Part shown: piece by piece, positions 8,660 to 19,283 of the stretch
How the letters are laid out: every line of letters begins with the position of its first letter
Position numbering within the stretch: position 1 is the stretch's first letter
Assembly: GCF_000011325.1 (NCBI RefSeq)
Contig: NC_003450.3
Span: 780,001 to 812,000 of the forward strand
DNA: 32,000 bases
Reading direction: 5' to 3'
From: Corynebacterium glutamicum ATCC 13032
GTDB lineage: Bacteria; Actinomycetota; Actinomycetes; Mycobacteriales; Mycobacteriaceae
Notes under the pieces: model-generated
What the model was told of the DNA's origin: nothing
Database searches by the model: none
The model's input: only the letters and a program-made list of their open reading frames with translations
Translations under genes and position numbers: made by a program

Positions 8660-10096
8660 ATGGCACAGGTTATGGACTTCAAGGTTGCCGATCTTTCACT
8701 AGCAGAGGCAGGACGTCACCAGATTCGTCTTGCAGAGTATGAGATGCCAGGTCTCATGCAGTTGCGCAAGGAATTCGCAGACGAGCAGCCTTTGAAGGGC
8801 GCCCGAATTGCTGGTTCTATCCACATGACGGTCCAGACCGCCGTGCTTATTGAGACCCTCACTGCTTTGGGCGCTGAGGTTCGTTGGGCTTCCTGCAACA
8901 TTTTCTCCACCCAGGATGAGGCTGCAGCGGCTATCGTTGTCGGCTCCGGCACCGTCGAAGAGCCAGCTGGTGTTCCAGTATTCGCGTGGAAGGGTGAGTC
9001 ACTGGAGGAGTACTGGTGGTGCATCAACCAGATCTTCAGCTGGGGCGATGAGCTGCCAAACATGATCCTCGACGACGGCGGTGACGCCACCATGGCTGTT
9101 ATTCGCGGTCGCGAATACGAGCAGGCTGGTCTGGTTCCACCAGCAGAGGCCAACGATTCCGATGAGTACATCGCATTCTTGGGCATGCTGCGTGAGGTTC
9201 TTGCTGCAGAGCCTGGCAAGTGGGGCAAGATCGCTGAGGCCGTTAAGGGTGTCACCGAGGAAACCACCACCGGTGTGCACCGCCTGTACCACTTCGCTGA
9301 AGAAGGCGTGCTGCCTTTCCCAGCGATGAACGTCAACGACGCTGTCACCAAGTCCAAGTTTGATAACAAGTACGGCACCCGCCACTCCCTGATCGACGGC
9401 ATCAACCGCGCCACTGACATGCTCATGGGCGGCAAGAACGTGCTTGTCTGCGGTTACGGCGATGTCGGCAAGGGCTGCGCTGAGGCTTTCGACGGCCAGG
9501 GCGCTCGCGTCAAGGTCACCGAAGCTGACCCAATCAACGCTCTTCAGGCTCTGATGGATGGCTACTCTGTGGTCACCGTTGATGAGGCCATCGAGGACGC
9601 CGACATCGTGATCACCGCGACCGGCAACAAGGACATCATTTCCTTCGAGCAGATGCTCAAGATGAAGGATCACGCTCTGCTGGGCAACATCGGTCACTTT
9701 GATAATGAGATCGATATGCATTCCCTGTTGCACCGCGACGACGTCACCCGCACCACGATCAAGCCACAGGTCGACGAGTTCACCTTCTCCACCGGTCGCT
9801 CCATCATCGTCCTGTCCGAAGGTCGCCTGTTGAACCTTGGCAACGCCACCGGACACCCATCATTTGTCATGTCCAACTCTTTCGCCGATCAGACCATTGC
9901 GCAGATCGAACTGTTCCAAAACGAAGGACAGTACGAGAACGAGGTCTACCGTCTGCCTAAGGTTCTCGACGAAAAGGTGGCACGCATCCACGTTGAGGCT
10001 CTCGGCGGTCAGCTCACCGAACTGACCAAGGAGCAGGCTGAGTACATCGGCGTTGACGTTGCAGGCCCATTCAAGCCGGAGCACTACCGCTACTAA
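8660..10096 (+). CDS. sahH: Adenosylhomocysteinase
   Basis: The start is set at ATG 8660, preceded by AAAAGGAGC. The protein begins [33 protein letters not shown]. It has the NAD-binding [12 protein letters not shown] and the C-terminal PFKPEHYRY. The ORF-track start at 8579 adds a non-homologous 27-aa extension. Confidence 0.95.
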   Translation: MAQVMDFKVADLSLAEAGRHQIRLAEYEMPGLMQLRKEFADEQPLKGARIAGSIHMTVQTAVLIETLTALGAEVRWASCNIFSTQDEAAAAIVVGSGTVEEPAGVPVFAWKGESLEEYWWCINQIFSWGDELPNMILDDGGDATMAVIRGREYEQAGLVPPAEANDSDEYIAFLGMLREVLAAEPGKWGKIAEAVKGVTEETTTGVHRLYHFAEEGVLPFPAMNVNDAVTKSKFDNKYGTRHSLIDGINRATDMLMGGKNVLVCGYGDVGKGCAEAFDGQGARVKVTEADPINALQALMDGYSVVTVDEAIEDADIVITATGNKDIISFEQMLKMKDHALLGNIGHFDNEIDMHSLLHRDDVTRTTIKPQVDEFTFSTGRSIIVLSEGRLLNLGNATGHPSFVMSNSFADQTIAQIELFQNEGQYENEVYRLPKVLDEKVARIHVEALGGQLTELTKEQAEYIGVDVAGPFKPEHYRY

Positions 10097-10707
10097 TGAT
10101 TGTCAGCATTGAGGGAATCGACGGCGCCGGCAAAAACACCCTGGTTTCGGCATTAACGCAGGTTATTGATGCAAAAGTCCTTGCATTCCCACGTTATGAA
10201 ACCTCGATTCACGCCCAATTGGCCGCGGAAGCACTCCACGGCCGCATGGGCGACCTCACCGACAGCGCCTACGCCATGGCCACGCTTTTCGCCCTCGACC
10301 GCCACTTCGCGATTGATGACTTAAATGCGCCCGGCGTGGTGCTGCTCGACCGATACGTCGCCTCCAACGCGGCTTATACCGCCGCCAGATTGCTTGACGA
10401 CGACGCCCCCCGCTGGGTTGCCGACCTGGAATTCGGGCGGCTTGGGCTCCCACGTCCGACGCTTCAAGTGTTGTTGGATACCCCCGCGGAGGTAGCGCAA
10501 GATAGGGCTAGACGTCGAGAAGCGCTTGACTCCGCGCGTGCGCGGGACCGCTATGAATCGGATTCGGCGCTGCAGCAACGCACCGCCGAGCACTATCGCC
10601 GCCTCGCGGCGGACAACTGGGAATCACCGTGGATCGTGGTTGCCCCTGATGAAGACCCCGGCCACGTTGCGCAGAGAATCGTGGAATTCCTGGGTACTAT
10701 AAACTAA
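10096..10707 (+). CDS. tmk: Thymidylate kinase
   Basis: 203-aa ORF with P-loop IEGIDGAGKNT and the DRY motif LLDRYVASNAAY. Its ATG overlaps the sahH TAA, reading TAATG. Confidence 0.9.
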   Translation: MIVSIEGIDGAGKNTLVSALTQVIDAKVLAFPRYETSIHAQLAAEALHGRMGDLTDSAYAMATLFALDRHFAIDDLNAPGVVLLDRYVASNAAYTAARLLDDDAPRWVADLEFGRLGLPRPTLQVLLDTPAEVAQDRARRREALDSARARDRYESDSALQQRTAEHYRRLAADNWESPWIVVAPDEDPGHVAQRIVEFLGTIN

Positions 10708-10731
10708 TCCCAATTAGCAGGAAGGATTCTC

Positions 10732-11412
10732 ATGTCACAGAAAATTCTCGTGGTTGATGATGATCCCGCCATCTCCGAGATGCTCACCATCGTGCTCAGC
10801 GCAGAAGGCTTTGACACCGTAGCTGTCACCGACGGCGCACTCGCCGTGGAAACCGCCTCCCGGGAACAACCGGATCTGATTTTGCTCGACTTGATGCTTC
10901 CAGGCATGAACGGCATCGACATTTGTCGCCTCATCCGCCAAGAATCCTCCGTACCCATCATCATGCTCACCGCCAAAACCGACACCGTTGATGTGGTGCT
11001 CGGTTTGGAATCCGGTGCAGACGATTACGTGAACAAGCCTTTCAAAGCGAAAGAACTTGTCGCCCGCATCCGTGCCCGCCTCCGCGCAACCGTGGACGAG
11101 CCCAGCGAAATCATCGAAGTCGGCGATCTGTCCATCGACGTCCCAGCACACACCGTCAAACGAAACGGCGCTGAGATTTCCTTGACCCCACTCGAATTCG
11201 ACCTCCTGCTGGAACTCGCCCGCAAACCACAGCAAGTATTCACCCGTGAAGAATTGCTGGGCAAAGTGTGGGGCTACCGCCACGCATCCGACACTCGACT
11301 GGTCAACGTTCACGTTCAGCGTCTGCGCGCCAAGATTGAAAAAGATCCAGAAAATCCGCAGATCGTCCTCACCGTCCGCGGTGTTGGCTACAAAACTGGC
11401 CACAACGATTAA
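10732..11412 (+). CDS. mtrA: OmpR-family response regulator MtrA
   Basis: 226-aa ORF. The receiver domain has VVDDD and DLILLDLMLPGMNG. The winged-helix output domain has LTPLEFDLLLELARKP and VRGVGYK. It sits in the conserved tmk-mtrA-mtrB-lpqB context. Confidence 0.95.
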   Translation: MSQKILVVDDDPAISEMLTIVLSAEGFDTVAVTDGALAVETASREQPDLILLDLMLPGMNGIDICRLIRQESSVPIIMLTAKTDTVDVVLGLESGADDYVNKPFKAKELVARIRARLRATVDEPSEIIEVGDLSIDVPAHTVKRNGAEISLTPLEFDLLLELARKPQQVFTREELLGKVWGYRHASDTRLVNVHVQRLRAKIEKDPENPQIVLTVRGVGYKTGHND

Positions 11413-11511
11413 GTTTTTCATTTAAAAAAGGGGCAGTTTCTCATTCTTGCCTGGCTCACGCGACTTCGACATCGCATTGTAGATAAATGGCGAACCTCAC
11501 TGCAGGTTCGC

Positions 11512-13011
11512 GTGCTCGGCTCCATCTTCACCGCATCAGCTGTCGTGATGATCCTTTTGGGGCTGGGCATGCTGACTGTATTCACCCAACGGTTGGTGGA
11601 TCAGAAAATCGATATTGCGAGCTCCGAAATCGACCGCGCCCGCGTCATCGTCGAAGAGCAAATCACCGCATCCGGCGCCTCAACATCGGTGCAGGCGCGA
11701 GTGAACTCTGCCCGCGCTGCGCTCTCCAGCTTGGGTACCAGCGGCGGTACAGAAACCAACGCCGCCTACGATCCAGTCGTGTTGGTGAACAACGATGACC
11801 TGGTGGTCTCTCCCGAGGGTTACCAAATCCCAGAACGTCTGCGATACTTCGTCTCTGAGAACCAAGTCTCGTATCAGTTCTCCAGCATCGACCAAGGCGA
11901 CGGATCGTCCTACCAAGCGCTCATCATCGGAACGCCCACGGAAAGCGACATCCCGAACCTCCAGGTGTATCTGGTGTTCTCCATGGAAAGCGACGAATCC
12001 TCTCTTGCTCTCATGCGAGGACTCCTCTCAGCTGCACTGCTGATCGTGGTGGTGCTGCTGGTCGGTATCGCATGGCTAGCCACCCAACAGGTCACCGCGC
12101 CGGTGCGTTCGGCGAGCCGGATTGCGGAGCGTTTCGCTCAAGGCAAACTGCGTGAACGCATGGTGGTGGAAGGCGAAGACGAGATGGCCCGCCTGGCGGT
12201 GTCCTTCAACGCGATGGCCGAATCGCTGTCCGCGCAGATCACCAAATTGGAGGAATACGGCAATCTGCAACGACAATTCACATCGGATGTCTCACACGAA
12301 TTGCGCACACCGCTGACAACGGTGCGCATGGCTGCTGATCTAATTGCCGATAGTGAAGATGAACTTTCACCCGGTGCGCGCCGCGCCAGCCAACTGATGA
12401 ACAGGGAGTTGGACCGATTCGAGTCGCTGCTGAGCGATCTGTTGGAAATTTCCCGACACGACGCCGGCGTTGCCGAACTGTCCACCGCGCTTCACGATGT
12501 CCGCATCCCAGTGCGATCGGCATTGGAACAAGTACAACACTTGGCCACCGAGCTCGATGTGGAATTGCTTGTTAATTTGCCCGAAGAAGCGATCAACATT
12601 CAAGGCGATTCCAGGCGCATCGAAAGAATCATTCGCAACCTTCTAGCCAATGCGATCGACCACTCCAAGGGCTTGCCTGTTGAGTTGAAAGTTGCCGACA
12701 ACGTGGACGCAGTAGCGATCGTTGTTATTGATCACGGCGTCGGCCTGAAACCTGGACAAGACGAATTGGTGTTCAACAGATTCTGGCGAGCCGACCCTTC
12801 GCGCGTCCGCCATTCTGGTGGCACCGGCCTGGGTCTTGCGATTTCTCGCGAAGATGCGATGCTTCATGGAGGAAACCTTGATGCGGCGGGAACGATCGGT
12901 GTTGGTTCCATTTTCCGTTTGGTCTTGCCTAAAGAACCGCATGGAAATTATCGTGAAGCACCGATCCCGTTGATCGCTCCAGAGACACCGTGGGAAGGGG
13001 AGCAGCAGTGA
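11512..13011 (+). CDS. mtrB: Sensor histidine kinase MtrB
   Basis: Two TM segments and a HAMP-like region. It has the H-box [12 protein letters not shown], the N-box [10 protein letters not shown] and the G-boxes DHGVGL and GGTGLGLAI. The 5' end is uncertain because homology appears to continue upstream of GTG 11512 (see findings). Confidence 0.9.
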
Positions 13012-14714
13012 GTAAAATTTCGACGAAACTGAAGGCCCTCACCGCGGTGCTGTCTGTGACCACTCTGGTGGCTGGGTGTTCCACGCTTCCGCAGAACACG
13101 GATCCGCAAGTGCTGCGCTCATTTTCCGGGTCCCAAAGCACACAAGAGATAGCAGGGCCGACCCCGAATCAAGATCCGGATTTGTTGATCCGCGGCTTCT
13201 TCAGCGCAGGTGCGTATCCGACTCAGCAGTATGAAGCGGCGAAGGCGTATCTGACGGAAGGGACGCGCAGCACGTGGAATCCGGCTGCGTCGACTCGTAT
13301 TTTGGATCGCATTGATCTGAACACTCTGCCAGGTTCGACGAATGCGGAACGAACGATTGCGATCCGTGGAACGCAGGTCGGAACGTTGCTCAGCGGTGGC
13401 GTGTATCAGCCGGAGAATGCGGAGTTTGAAGCTGAGATCACGATGCGTCGGGAAGATGGGGAGTGGCGTATCGATGCTTTGCCGGACGGGATTTTATTAG
13501 AGAGAAACGATCTGCGGAACCATTACACTCCGCACGATGTGTATTTCTTTGATCCTTCTGGCCAGGTGTTGGTGGGGGATCGGCGTTGGTTGTTCAATGA
13601 GTCGCAGTCGATGTCCACGGTGCTGATGGCCCTTCTGGTTAATGGTCCTTCGCCGGCAATTTCTCCTGGTGTGGTCAATCAGCTGTCCACGGATGCGTCG
13701 TTCGTGGGGTTCAATGATGGGGAGTATCAGTTCACTGGTTTGGGAAATTTGGATGATGATGCGCGTTTGCGTTTCGCCGCCCAGGCCGTGTGGACGTTGG
13801 CGCATGCTGATGTCGCAGGCCCCTACACTTTGGTCGCTGACGGCGCGCCGTTGCTGTCGGAGTTCCCAACGCTCACCACCGATGACCTCGCCGAATACAA
13901 CCCAGAGGCTTACACCAACACGGTGTCCACGTTGTTTGCGTTGCAGGATGGATCGTTGTCGAGGGTCAGTTCCGGCAATGTGAGTCCACTACAGGGCATT
14001 TGGAGCGGTGGAGATATCGATTCTGCAGCGATTTCCTCCTCCGCCAATGTGGTGGCAGCGGTACGCCACGAAAACAACGAGGCAGTGCTTACTGTTGGCT
14101 CCATGGAAGGCGTGACTTCAGATGCGTTGAGGAGTGAAACGATCACTCGTCCCACCTTTGAATACGCGTCGAGTGGGTTGTGGGCTGTGGTGGATGGGGA
14201 GACGCCTGTCCGAGTCGCACGATCGGCAACAACCGGTGAGCTCGTCCAGACGGAGGCGGAGATTGTGCTGCCAAGGGATGTGACGGGTCCGATCTCTGAA
14301 TTCCAACTGTCACGAACTGGGGTCCGGGCCGCCATGATCATTGAAGGCAAGGTGTACGTGGGCGTCGTAACGCGTCCTGGTCCGGGCGAGCGGCGCGTGA
14401 CAAATATCACGGAGGTGGCGCCGAGCTTGGGCGAGGCGGCGCTGTCGATCAACTGGCGCCCAGACGGCATTTTGCTTGTGGGCACGTCAATTCCAGAGAC
14501 GCCGCTGTGGCGCGTCGAGCAGGACGGATCGGCGATTTCGTCGATGCCGAGCGGGAATCTCAGCGCGCCGGTGGTGGCGGTGGCAAGTTCCGCGACGACG
14601 GTCTACGTCACTGATTCGCATGCGATGCTTCAGCTGCCGACTGCCGATAATGATATTTGGCGCGAGGTGCCCGGTTTGCTGGGCACGCGTGCGGCGCCGG
14701 TGGTTGCGTACTGA
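13008..14714 (+). CDS. lpqB: Lipoprotein LpqB
   Basis: GTG 13008 overlaps the mtrB TGA (GTGA) and follows GGGAAGGGGAG. The signal peptide has the lipobox TTLVAGC|S. The large secreted domain sits in the conserved position after mtrB. The alternative start is GTG 12990. Confidence 0.9.
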
Positions 14715-15304
14715 TGGAGCTGTTCTTCCCGCGCGCATGTGGTGGTTGTGGGGCGCCGGGGGCGTCGTTATGCAGTGACTGCCAGCGTGTGTGGAGGAAG
14801 CCGCCAACATTGGCGCGGCTTGATTTAGATTTACCGGTGTGGACGTTGTCGCCGTATGACGGCCCGCATCGCAACGTGCTCATTGCGCTGAAGGAGCACG
14901 GCCGTGCAGACCTTGTGGCGTTTGTGGGCGCGGTGGTGGGGGCGTCGATAAGCTATCTGGCGGCTCAGGGGGAAATTGAGCACGACATCACGCTGGTTCC
15001 GGCGCCCACCCGCGCCACCTCGCGACGCCGGCGGGGCGGCGATCCGGTTGAGCGGGTGTGCAATGCATCACGCTTATCGACGTTTCCCTGCCTTCAAATC
15101 TCATCCCGCACACCAGACTCCGTCGGTCAAACTGCGCAACAGCGAAGACTCAATATGCGAGTGGAGTTAGTCCGACAACCTCGGGGTTCTGTCTTGATCA
15201 TCGACGATGTGGTAACAACGGGGGCAACTATTTCCGCATCTGCAAACGTTCTTCGCGCAGCGGGTGTGCAGGTCAGAGGAGCTTTAACTTATTGCCAAGC
15301 GTGA
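14714..15304 (+). CDS. ComF-family phosphoribosyltransferase-domain protein
   Basis: ATG 14714 overlaps the lpqB stop (TGATG). The N-terminus has a Cys cluster, CGGCGAPGASLCSDC. The C-terminus has the PRPP-binding loop VLIIDDVVTTGATI. The ORF-track start at 14657 would lie inside lpqB. Confidence 0.82.
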   Translation: MELFFPRACGGCGAPGASLCSDCQRVWRKPPTLARLDLDLPVWTLSPYDGPHRNVLIALKEHGRADLVAFVGAVVGASISYLAAQGEIEHDITLVPAPTRATSRRRRGGDPVERVCNASRLSTFPCLQISSRTPDSVGQTAQQRRLNMRVELVRQPRGSVLIIDDVVTTGATISASANVLRAAGVQVRGALTYCQA

Positions 15305-15447
15305 TCTTGGATATAAAAGGGGCCCCTATTGGCAATGTGGTTATGACCAGAAGTAGTATAAGAAGTGAAGTTGATCGCGTCATCGTAGTACGAGTAATTC
15401 CACTCACACATCAATGCGGTGACCACAATTGGGAGGAGAAGTAGCAC

Positions 15448-16113
15448 GTGACTACACCTGCTGAGAACAACACCCTTAGCCCCGAGACCAAAGTAAGCAT
15501 CACTGGTCGAAACGTTGAGGTTCCTGATCACTTTGCAGAACGAGTAAATACCAAACTCGCAAAGATTGAGCGCCTCGACCCAACGCTGACCTTCTTCCAC
15601 GTTGAGCTACAGCACGAGCCAAACCCACGTCGTGCTGACGAAAGTGATCGCATTCAGATCACCGCCACCGGCAAGGGACACATCGCCCGAGCAGAAGCAA
15701 AGGAAGACAGCTTCTACGCGGCACTGGAAACTGCACTAGCCAAGATGGAGCGCTCCCTGCGCAAAGTGAAGGCACGTCGCAGCATTTCCCGCTCCGGTCA
15801 CCGCGCACCACTAGGCACTGGTGAGGTCGGTGCACAGTTGGTAGCCGAGTCCCAAGAGGCACGCGGTGCCGATGAACTGGGCAAATACGATGTTGATCCT
15901 TATGCAGATAAGGTCGATGACGTCATGCCAGGCCAGGTTGTTCGTACCAAGGAACACCCAGCAACCCCAATGAGTGTGGATGACGCACTATCCGAGATGG
16001 AATTGGTTGGACACGATTTCTACCTCTTCGTCAACGAAGAGACCAACCAGCCATCGGTGGTGTACCGCCGACACGCATTCGACTATGGATTAATTTCCCT
16101 GTCCGATGCATAG
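15448..16113 (+). CDS. hpf: Ribosome hibernation promoting factor (long HPF)
   Basis: GTG start 9 nt after GGGAGGAG. It has an N-terminal YfiA/HPF domain (ITGRNVEVPDHF...KLAKIERL) and a C-terminal dimerisation domain (MELVGHDFYLFVNEETNQPSVVYRR). Confidence 0.9.
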   Translation: MTTPAENNTLSPETKVSITGRNVEVPDHFAERVNTKLAKIERLDPTLTFFHVELQHEPNPRRADESDRIQITATGKGHIARAEAKEDSFYAALETALAKMERSLRKVKARRSISRSGHRAPLGTGEVGAQLVAESQEARGADELGKYDVDPYADKVDDVMPGQVVRTKEHPATPMSVDDALSEMELVGHDFYLFVNEETNQPSVVYRRHAFDYGLISLSDA

Positions 16114-16126
16114 CAATTAGTTGCTA

Positions 16127-16164
16127 AGTACCCGCTACCGTAACGGTAGCGGGTACTGTGTTTT
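16127..16164 (+). terminator. Rho-independent terminator after hpf
   Basis: 14-bp perfect stem: AGTACCCGCTACCG (16127-16140) pairs with CGGTAGCGGGTACT (16144-16157), with loop TAA. It is followed by GTGTTTT. Confidence 0.85.
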
Positions 16165-16197
16165 AGGAACCGTGCGTAGTTTTAGGAACAGTGCGTA
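16160..16197. repeat. 19-bp tandem direct repeat (2 copies, 1 mismatch) upstream of secA
   Basis: GTTTTAGGAACCGTGCGTA at 16160-16178 and GTTTTAGGAACAGTGCGTA at 16179-16197. Confidence 0.9.
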
Positions 16198-16201
16198 CAA
16201 T
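16196..16201 (+). promoter_or_regulatory. Candidate -10 box (TACAAT) of secA
   Basis: TACAAT lies about 49 nt upstream of the secA GTG and is fused to the end of the second repeat copy. This is a pattern match only. Confidence 0.3.
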
Positions 16202-16249
16202 ATAGGTTCGTTATCATTTCCGTATCGCTATTTATAAGGACGACTGCTC

Positions 16250-18787
16250 GTGTTTGGATTGTCCAAGGTGCTCCGCGTCGGCGAAGGCCGTGCCGTGAAG
16301 CGACTTCACAAGATCGCTGACCAGGTTATCGCGCTTGAAGATAAGTTCGCCAACCTAACCGATGAGGAGCTCAAGGCAAAAACAGCCGAGTTCAAAGAAC
16401 GCATCGCTGGCGGTGAAGGACTCGACGAAATCTTCCTCGAAGCGTTCGCAACAGCCCGTGAAGCAGCTTGGCGTGTGCTCGGCCAGAAGCACTACCATGT
16501 ACAAATCATGGGTGGCGCAGCGCTGCACTTTGGCAACGTCGCCGAAATGCGCACCGGCGAAGGCAAAACCCTCACCTGCGTGCTTCCAGCATATTTGAAC
16601 GCACTTGAAGGAAAAGGCGTCCACGTTGTCACCGTCAATGATTACCTAGCAAAACGTGACGCAGAAATGATGGGCCGTGTGCACCGCTACTTAGGCCTCG
16701 AAGTGGGAGTAATCCTCTCTGACATGCGCCCAGACGAGCGCCGCGAAGCCTACGCTGCCGACATTACCTACGGCACCAACAACGAACTCGGCTTCGACTA
16801 CCTGCGCGACAACATGGCACGCTCCCTAAGCGACCTCGTGCAGCGTGGACACAACTACGCCATTGTCGACGAAGTAGACTCCATCCTCATCGACGAAGCC
16901 CGCACCCCACTGATTATCTCCGGACCAGTAGACGGCACATCGCAGTTCTACAACGTCTTCGCACAGATCGTCCCACGCATGACCAAGGACGTTCACTACG
17001 AAGTCGACGAACGTAAAAAGACCGTCGGTGTGAAAGAAGAAGGCGTCGAATACGTCGAAGACCAACTCGGCATCGACAACCTCTACGCACCTGAGCACTC
17101 ACAGCTGGTCAGCTACCTGAACAACGCCATCAAGGCACAGGAACTGTTCACCCGCGACAAGGACTACATCGTCCGCAACGGCGAAGTTATGATCGTCGAC
17201 GGCTTCACCGGCCGTGTCCTTGCCGGCCGCCGATACAACGAAGGCATGCACCAGGCGATCGAAGCCAAAGAGCGCGTAGAGATCAAAAACGAGAACCAGA
17301 CCCTGGCGACCGTTACCCTCCAGAACTACTTCCGCCTCTACACCAAACTCGCCGGCATGACCGGTACCGCAGAGACCGAAGCAGCAGAGCTCAACCAGAT
17401 CTACAAGCTCGACGTCATCGCGATCCCAACCAACCGACCAAACCAGCGCGAAGACTTGACCGACTTGGTGTACAAAACCCAAGAGGCTAAGTTCGCAGCA
17501 GTCGTCGACGACATCGCAGAACGCACCGAAAAGGGCCAACCAGTCCTCGTCGGTACCGTCTCCGTCGAGCGCTCCGAATACCTCTCCCAGCTGTTGACCA
17601 AACGAGGCATCAAGCACAACGTCCTCAATGCGAAGCACCACGAGCAGGAAGCACAGATCGTTGCTCAGGCAGGTCTTCCAGGCGCCGTCACCGTTGCCAC
17701 CAACATGGCGGGCCGTGGAACCGACATCGTGCTCGGCGGAAACCCAGAAATCCTCCTCGACATCAAACTCCGCGAACGTGGACTTGATCCTTTCGAAGAC
17801 GAAGAAAGCTACCAGGAAGCCTGGGACGCTGAACTTCCAGCAATGAAGCAGCGATGCGAAGAACGTGGCGACAAAGTCCGCGAAGCCGGAGGACTCTACG
17901 TCCTTGGCACCGAACGCCACGAATCCCGACGCATCGACAACCAGCTGCGCGGTCGTTCTGCACGTCAGGGCGACCCAGGATCCACCCGCTTCTATCTCTC
18001 TATGCGCGACGACCTGATGGTTCGCTTCGTCGGCCCAACCATGGAAAACATGATGAACAGGCTCAACGTCCCAGACGATGTGCCCATCGAATCCAAAACC
18101 GTCACCAACTCCATCAAGGGCGCCCAAGCTCAGGTGGAGAACCAGAACTTCGAAATGCGTAAGAACGTTCTGAAGTACGACGAAGTCATGAACGAACAGC
18201 GCAAGGTTATCTACAGCGAGCGACGCGAAATCCTCGAATCCGCAGACATCTCCCGCTACATCCAAAACATGATCGAAGAAACAGTCAGCGCATACGTCGA
18301 CGGCGCCACCGCCAACGGCTACGTCGAAGACTGGGACCTCGACAAACTCTGGAACGCCCTCGAAGCCCTCTACGACCCATCGATCAACTGGACCGACCTC
18401 GTCGAAGGCAGCGAATACGGCAAACCAGGGGAGCTGTCCGCCGAAGATCTACGCACCGCACTCGTCAACGACGCCCACGCCGAATACGCAAAACTCGAAG
18501 AAGCCGTATCCGCAATCGGCGGCGAAGCACAGATCCGCAACATCGAACGAATGGTGCTCATGCCAGTCATCGACACCAAATGGCGCGAACACCTCTACGA
18601 AATGGACTACCTGAAAGAAGGCATCGGCCTGCGCGCAATGGCACAGCGCGACCCACTGGTCGAATACCAAAAGGAAGGCGGCGACATGTTCAACGGCATG
18701 AAAGACGGCATCAAGGAAGAAACCGTCCGCCAGCTCTTCCTCCTCCGCAAGCAGTTCATCAAGCAAGACGCGGAAGTCGCTGACTAA
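16250..18787 (+). CDS. secA: Preprotein translocase ATPase SecA (SecA1 type)
   Basis: 845-aa ORF with a GTG start after AAGGA. It has Walker A MRTGEGKT, the DEAD-like [29 protein letters not shown] and [29 protein letters not shown]. Confidence 0.97.
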   Translation: MFGLSKVLRVGEGRAVKRLHKIADQVIALEDKFANLTDEELKAKTAEFKERIAGGEGLDEIFLEAFATAREAAWRVLGQKHYHVQIMGGAALHFGNVAEMRTGEGKTLTCVLPAYLNALEGKGVHVVTVNDYLAKRDAEMMGRVHRYLGLEVGVILSDMRPDERREAYAADITYGTNNELGFDYLRDNMARSLSDLVQRGHNYAIVDEVDSILIDEARTPLIISGPVDGTSQFYNVFAQIVPRMTKDVHYEVDERKKTVGVKEEGVEYVEDQLGIDNLYAPEHSQLVSYLNNAIKAQELFTRDKDYIVRNGEVMIVDGFTGRVLAGRRYNEGMHQAIEAKERVEIKNENQTLATVTLQNYFRLYTKLAGMTGTAETEAAELNQIYKLDVIAIPTNRPNQREDLTDLVYKTQEAKFAAVVDDIAERTEKGQPVLVGTVSVERSEYLSQLLTKRGIKHNVLNAKHHEQEAQIVAQAGLPGAVTVATNMAGRGTDIVLGGNPEILLDIKLRERGLDPFEDEESYQEAWDAELPAMKQRCEERGDKVREAGGLYVLGTERHESRRIDNQLRGRSARQGDPGSTRFYLSMRDDLMVRFVGPTMENMMNRLNVPDDVPIESKTVTNSIKGAQAQVENQNFEMRKNVLKYDEVMNEQRKVIYSERREILESADISRYIQNMIEETVSAYVDGATANGYVEDWDLDKLWNALEALYDPSINWTDLVEGSEYGKPGELSAEDLRTALVNDAHAEYAKLEEAVSAIGGEAQIRNIERMVLMPVIDTKWREHLYEMDYLKEGIGLRAMAQRDPLVEYQKEGGDMFNGMKDGIKEETVRQLFLLRKQFIKQDAEVAD

Positions 18788-18817
18788 CTCAGAACCCTGA
18801 AATTCAGCATCCGCCAC

Positions 18818-18848
18818 ATGCCGCCCGATTCGGCCAATCGGGCGGCAT
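18818..18848 (+). terminator. Stem-loop after secA (probable terminator, no clear U-tract)
   Basis: 13-bp perfect stem: ATGCCGCCCGATT (18818-18830) pairs with AATCGGGCGGCAT (18836-18848), with loop CGGCC. Confidence 0.55.
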
Positions 18849-19283
18849 ATGCCGTTCTCCGAACACCCATAGAAATACTCCCGCACACTTCCGCAGACTT
18901 CTCTCCGAGTTGGACATGGCAAGATAACAGATCCGCCGACTCGGTAAACCCCAGCCTGCGGCGAGCGGAAACGTGGGCGCGGACGGGGGCGTCGAAAAGC
19001 TTCGGGGTTAAGTGAGCGATTGGCCGAAGGCCGAACGCGGAATCCAAAGCGACCCTCACCAGCACTGACACCTCGCGCGGCACTTCGGTGCGTGCGTGGA
19101 TTGCCTGAGGCAACGGATCGGGCACAAGATATAACAAATGTGCGAAACCTGGAATTGGAACAAGCACAACAAATCTCCTTGAGAGAAAATCTCAAGGCAA
19201 AAAACAAGCCACCCCAATCTGTGCGACAATCAAACCACAGACTACGACTATTATGTCACGAAGAAACCAAAGAAAGGGAAATA

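Noticed and set aside
15318-15327. The 10-bp palindrome AGGGGCCCCT just after the comF-like stop, considered as a possible terminator.
   Set aside because: A perfect palindrome with no loop cannot form a normal terminator hairpin, and no U-tract follows.
18449-19207. The 252-aa and 127-aa minus-strand ORFs spanning the secA 3' end and the downstream gap.
   Set aside because: They run through the secA terminator hairpin and the secA coding sequence. They have no RBS, and their translations are Arg/Ser/Pro-rich nonsense. The region is reported as a non-coding oddity instead.
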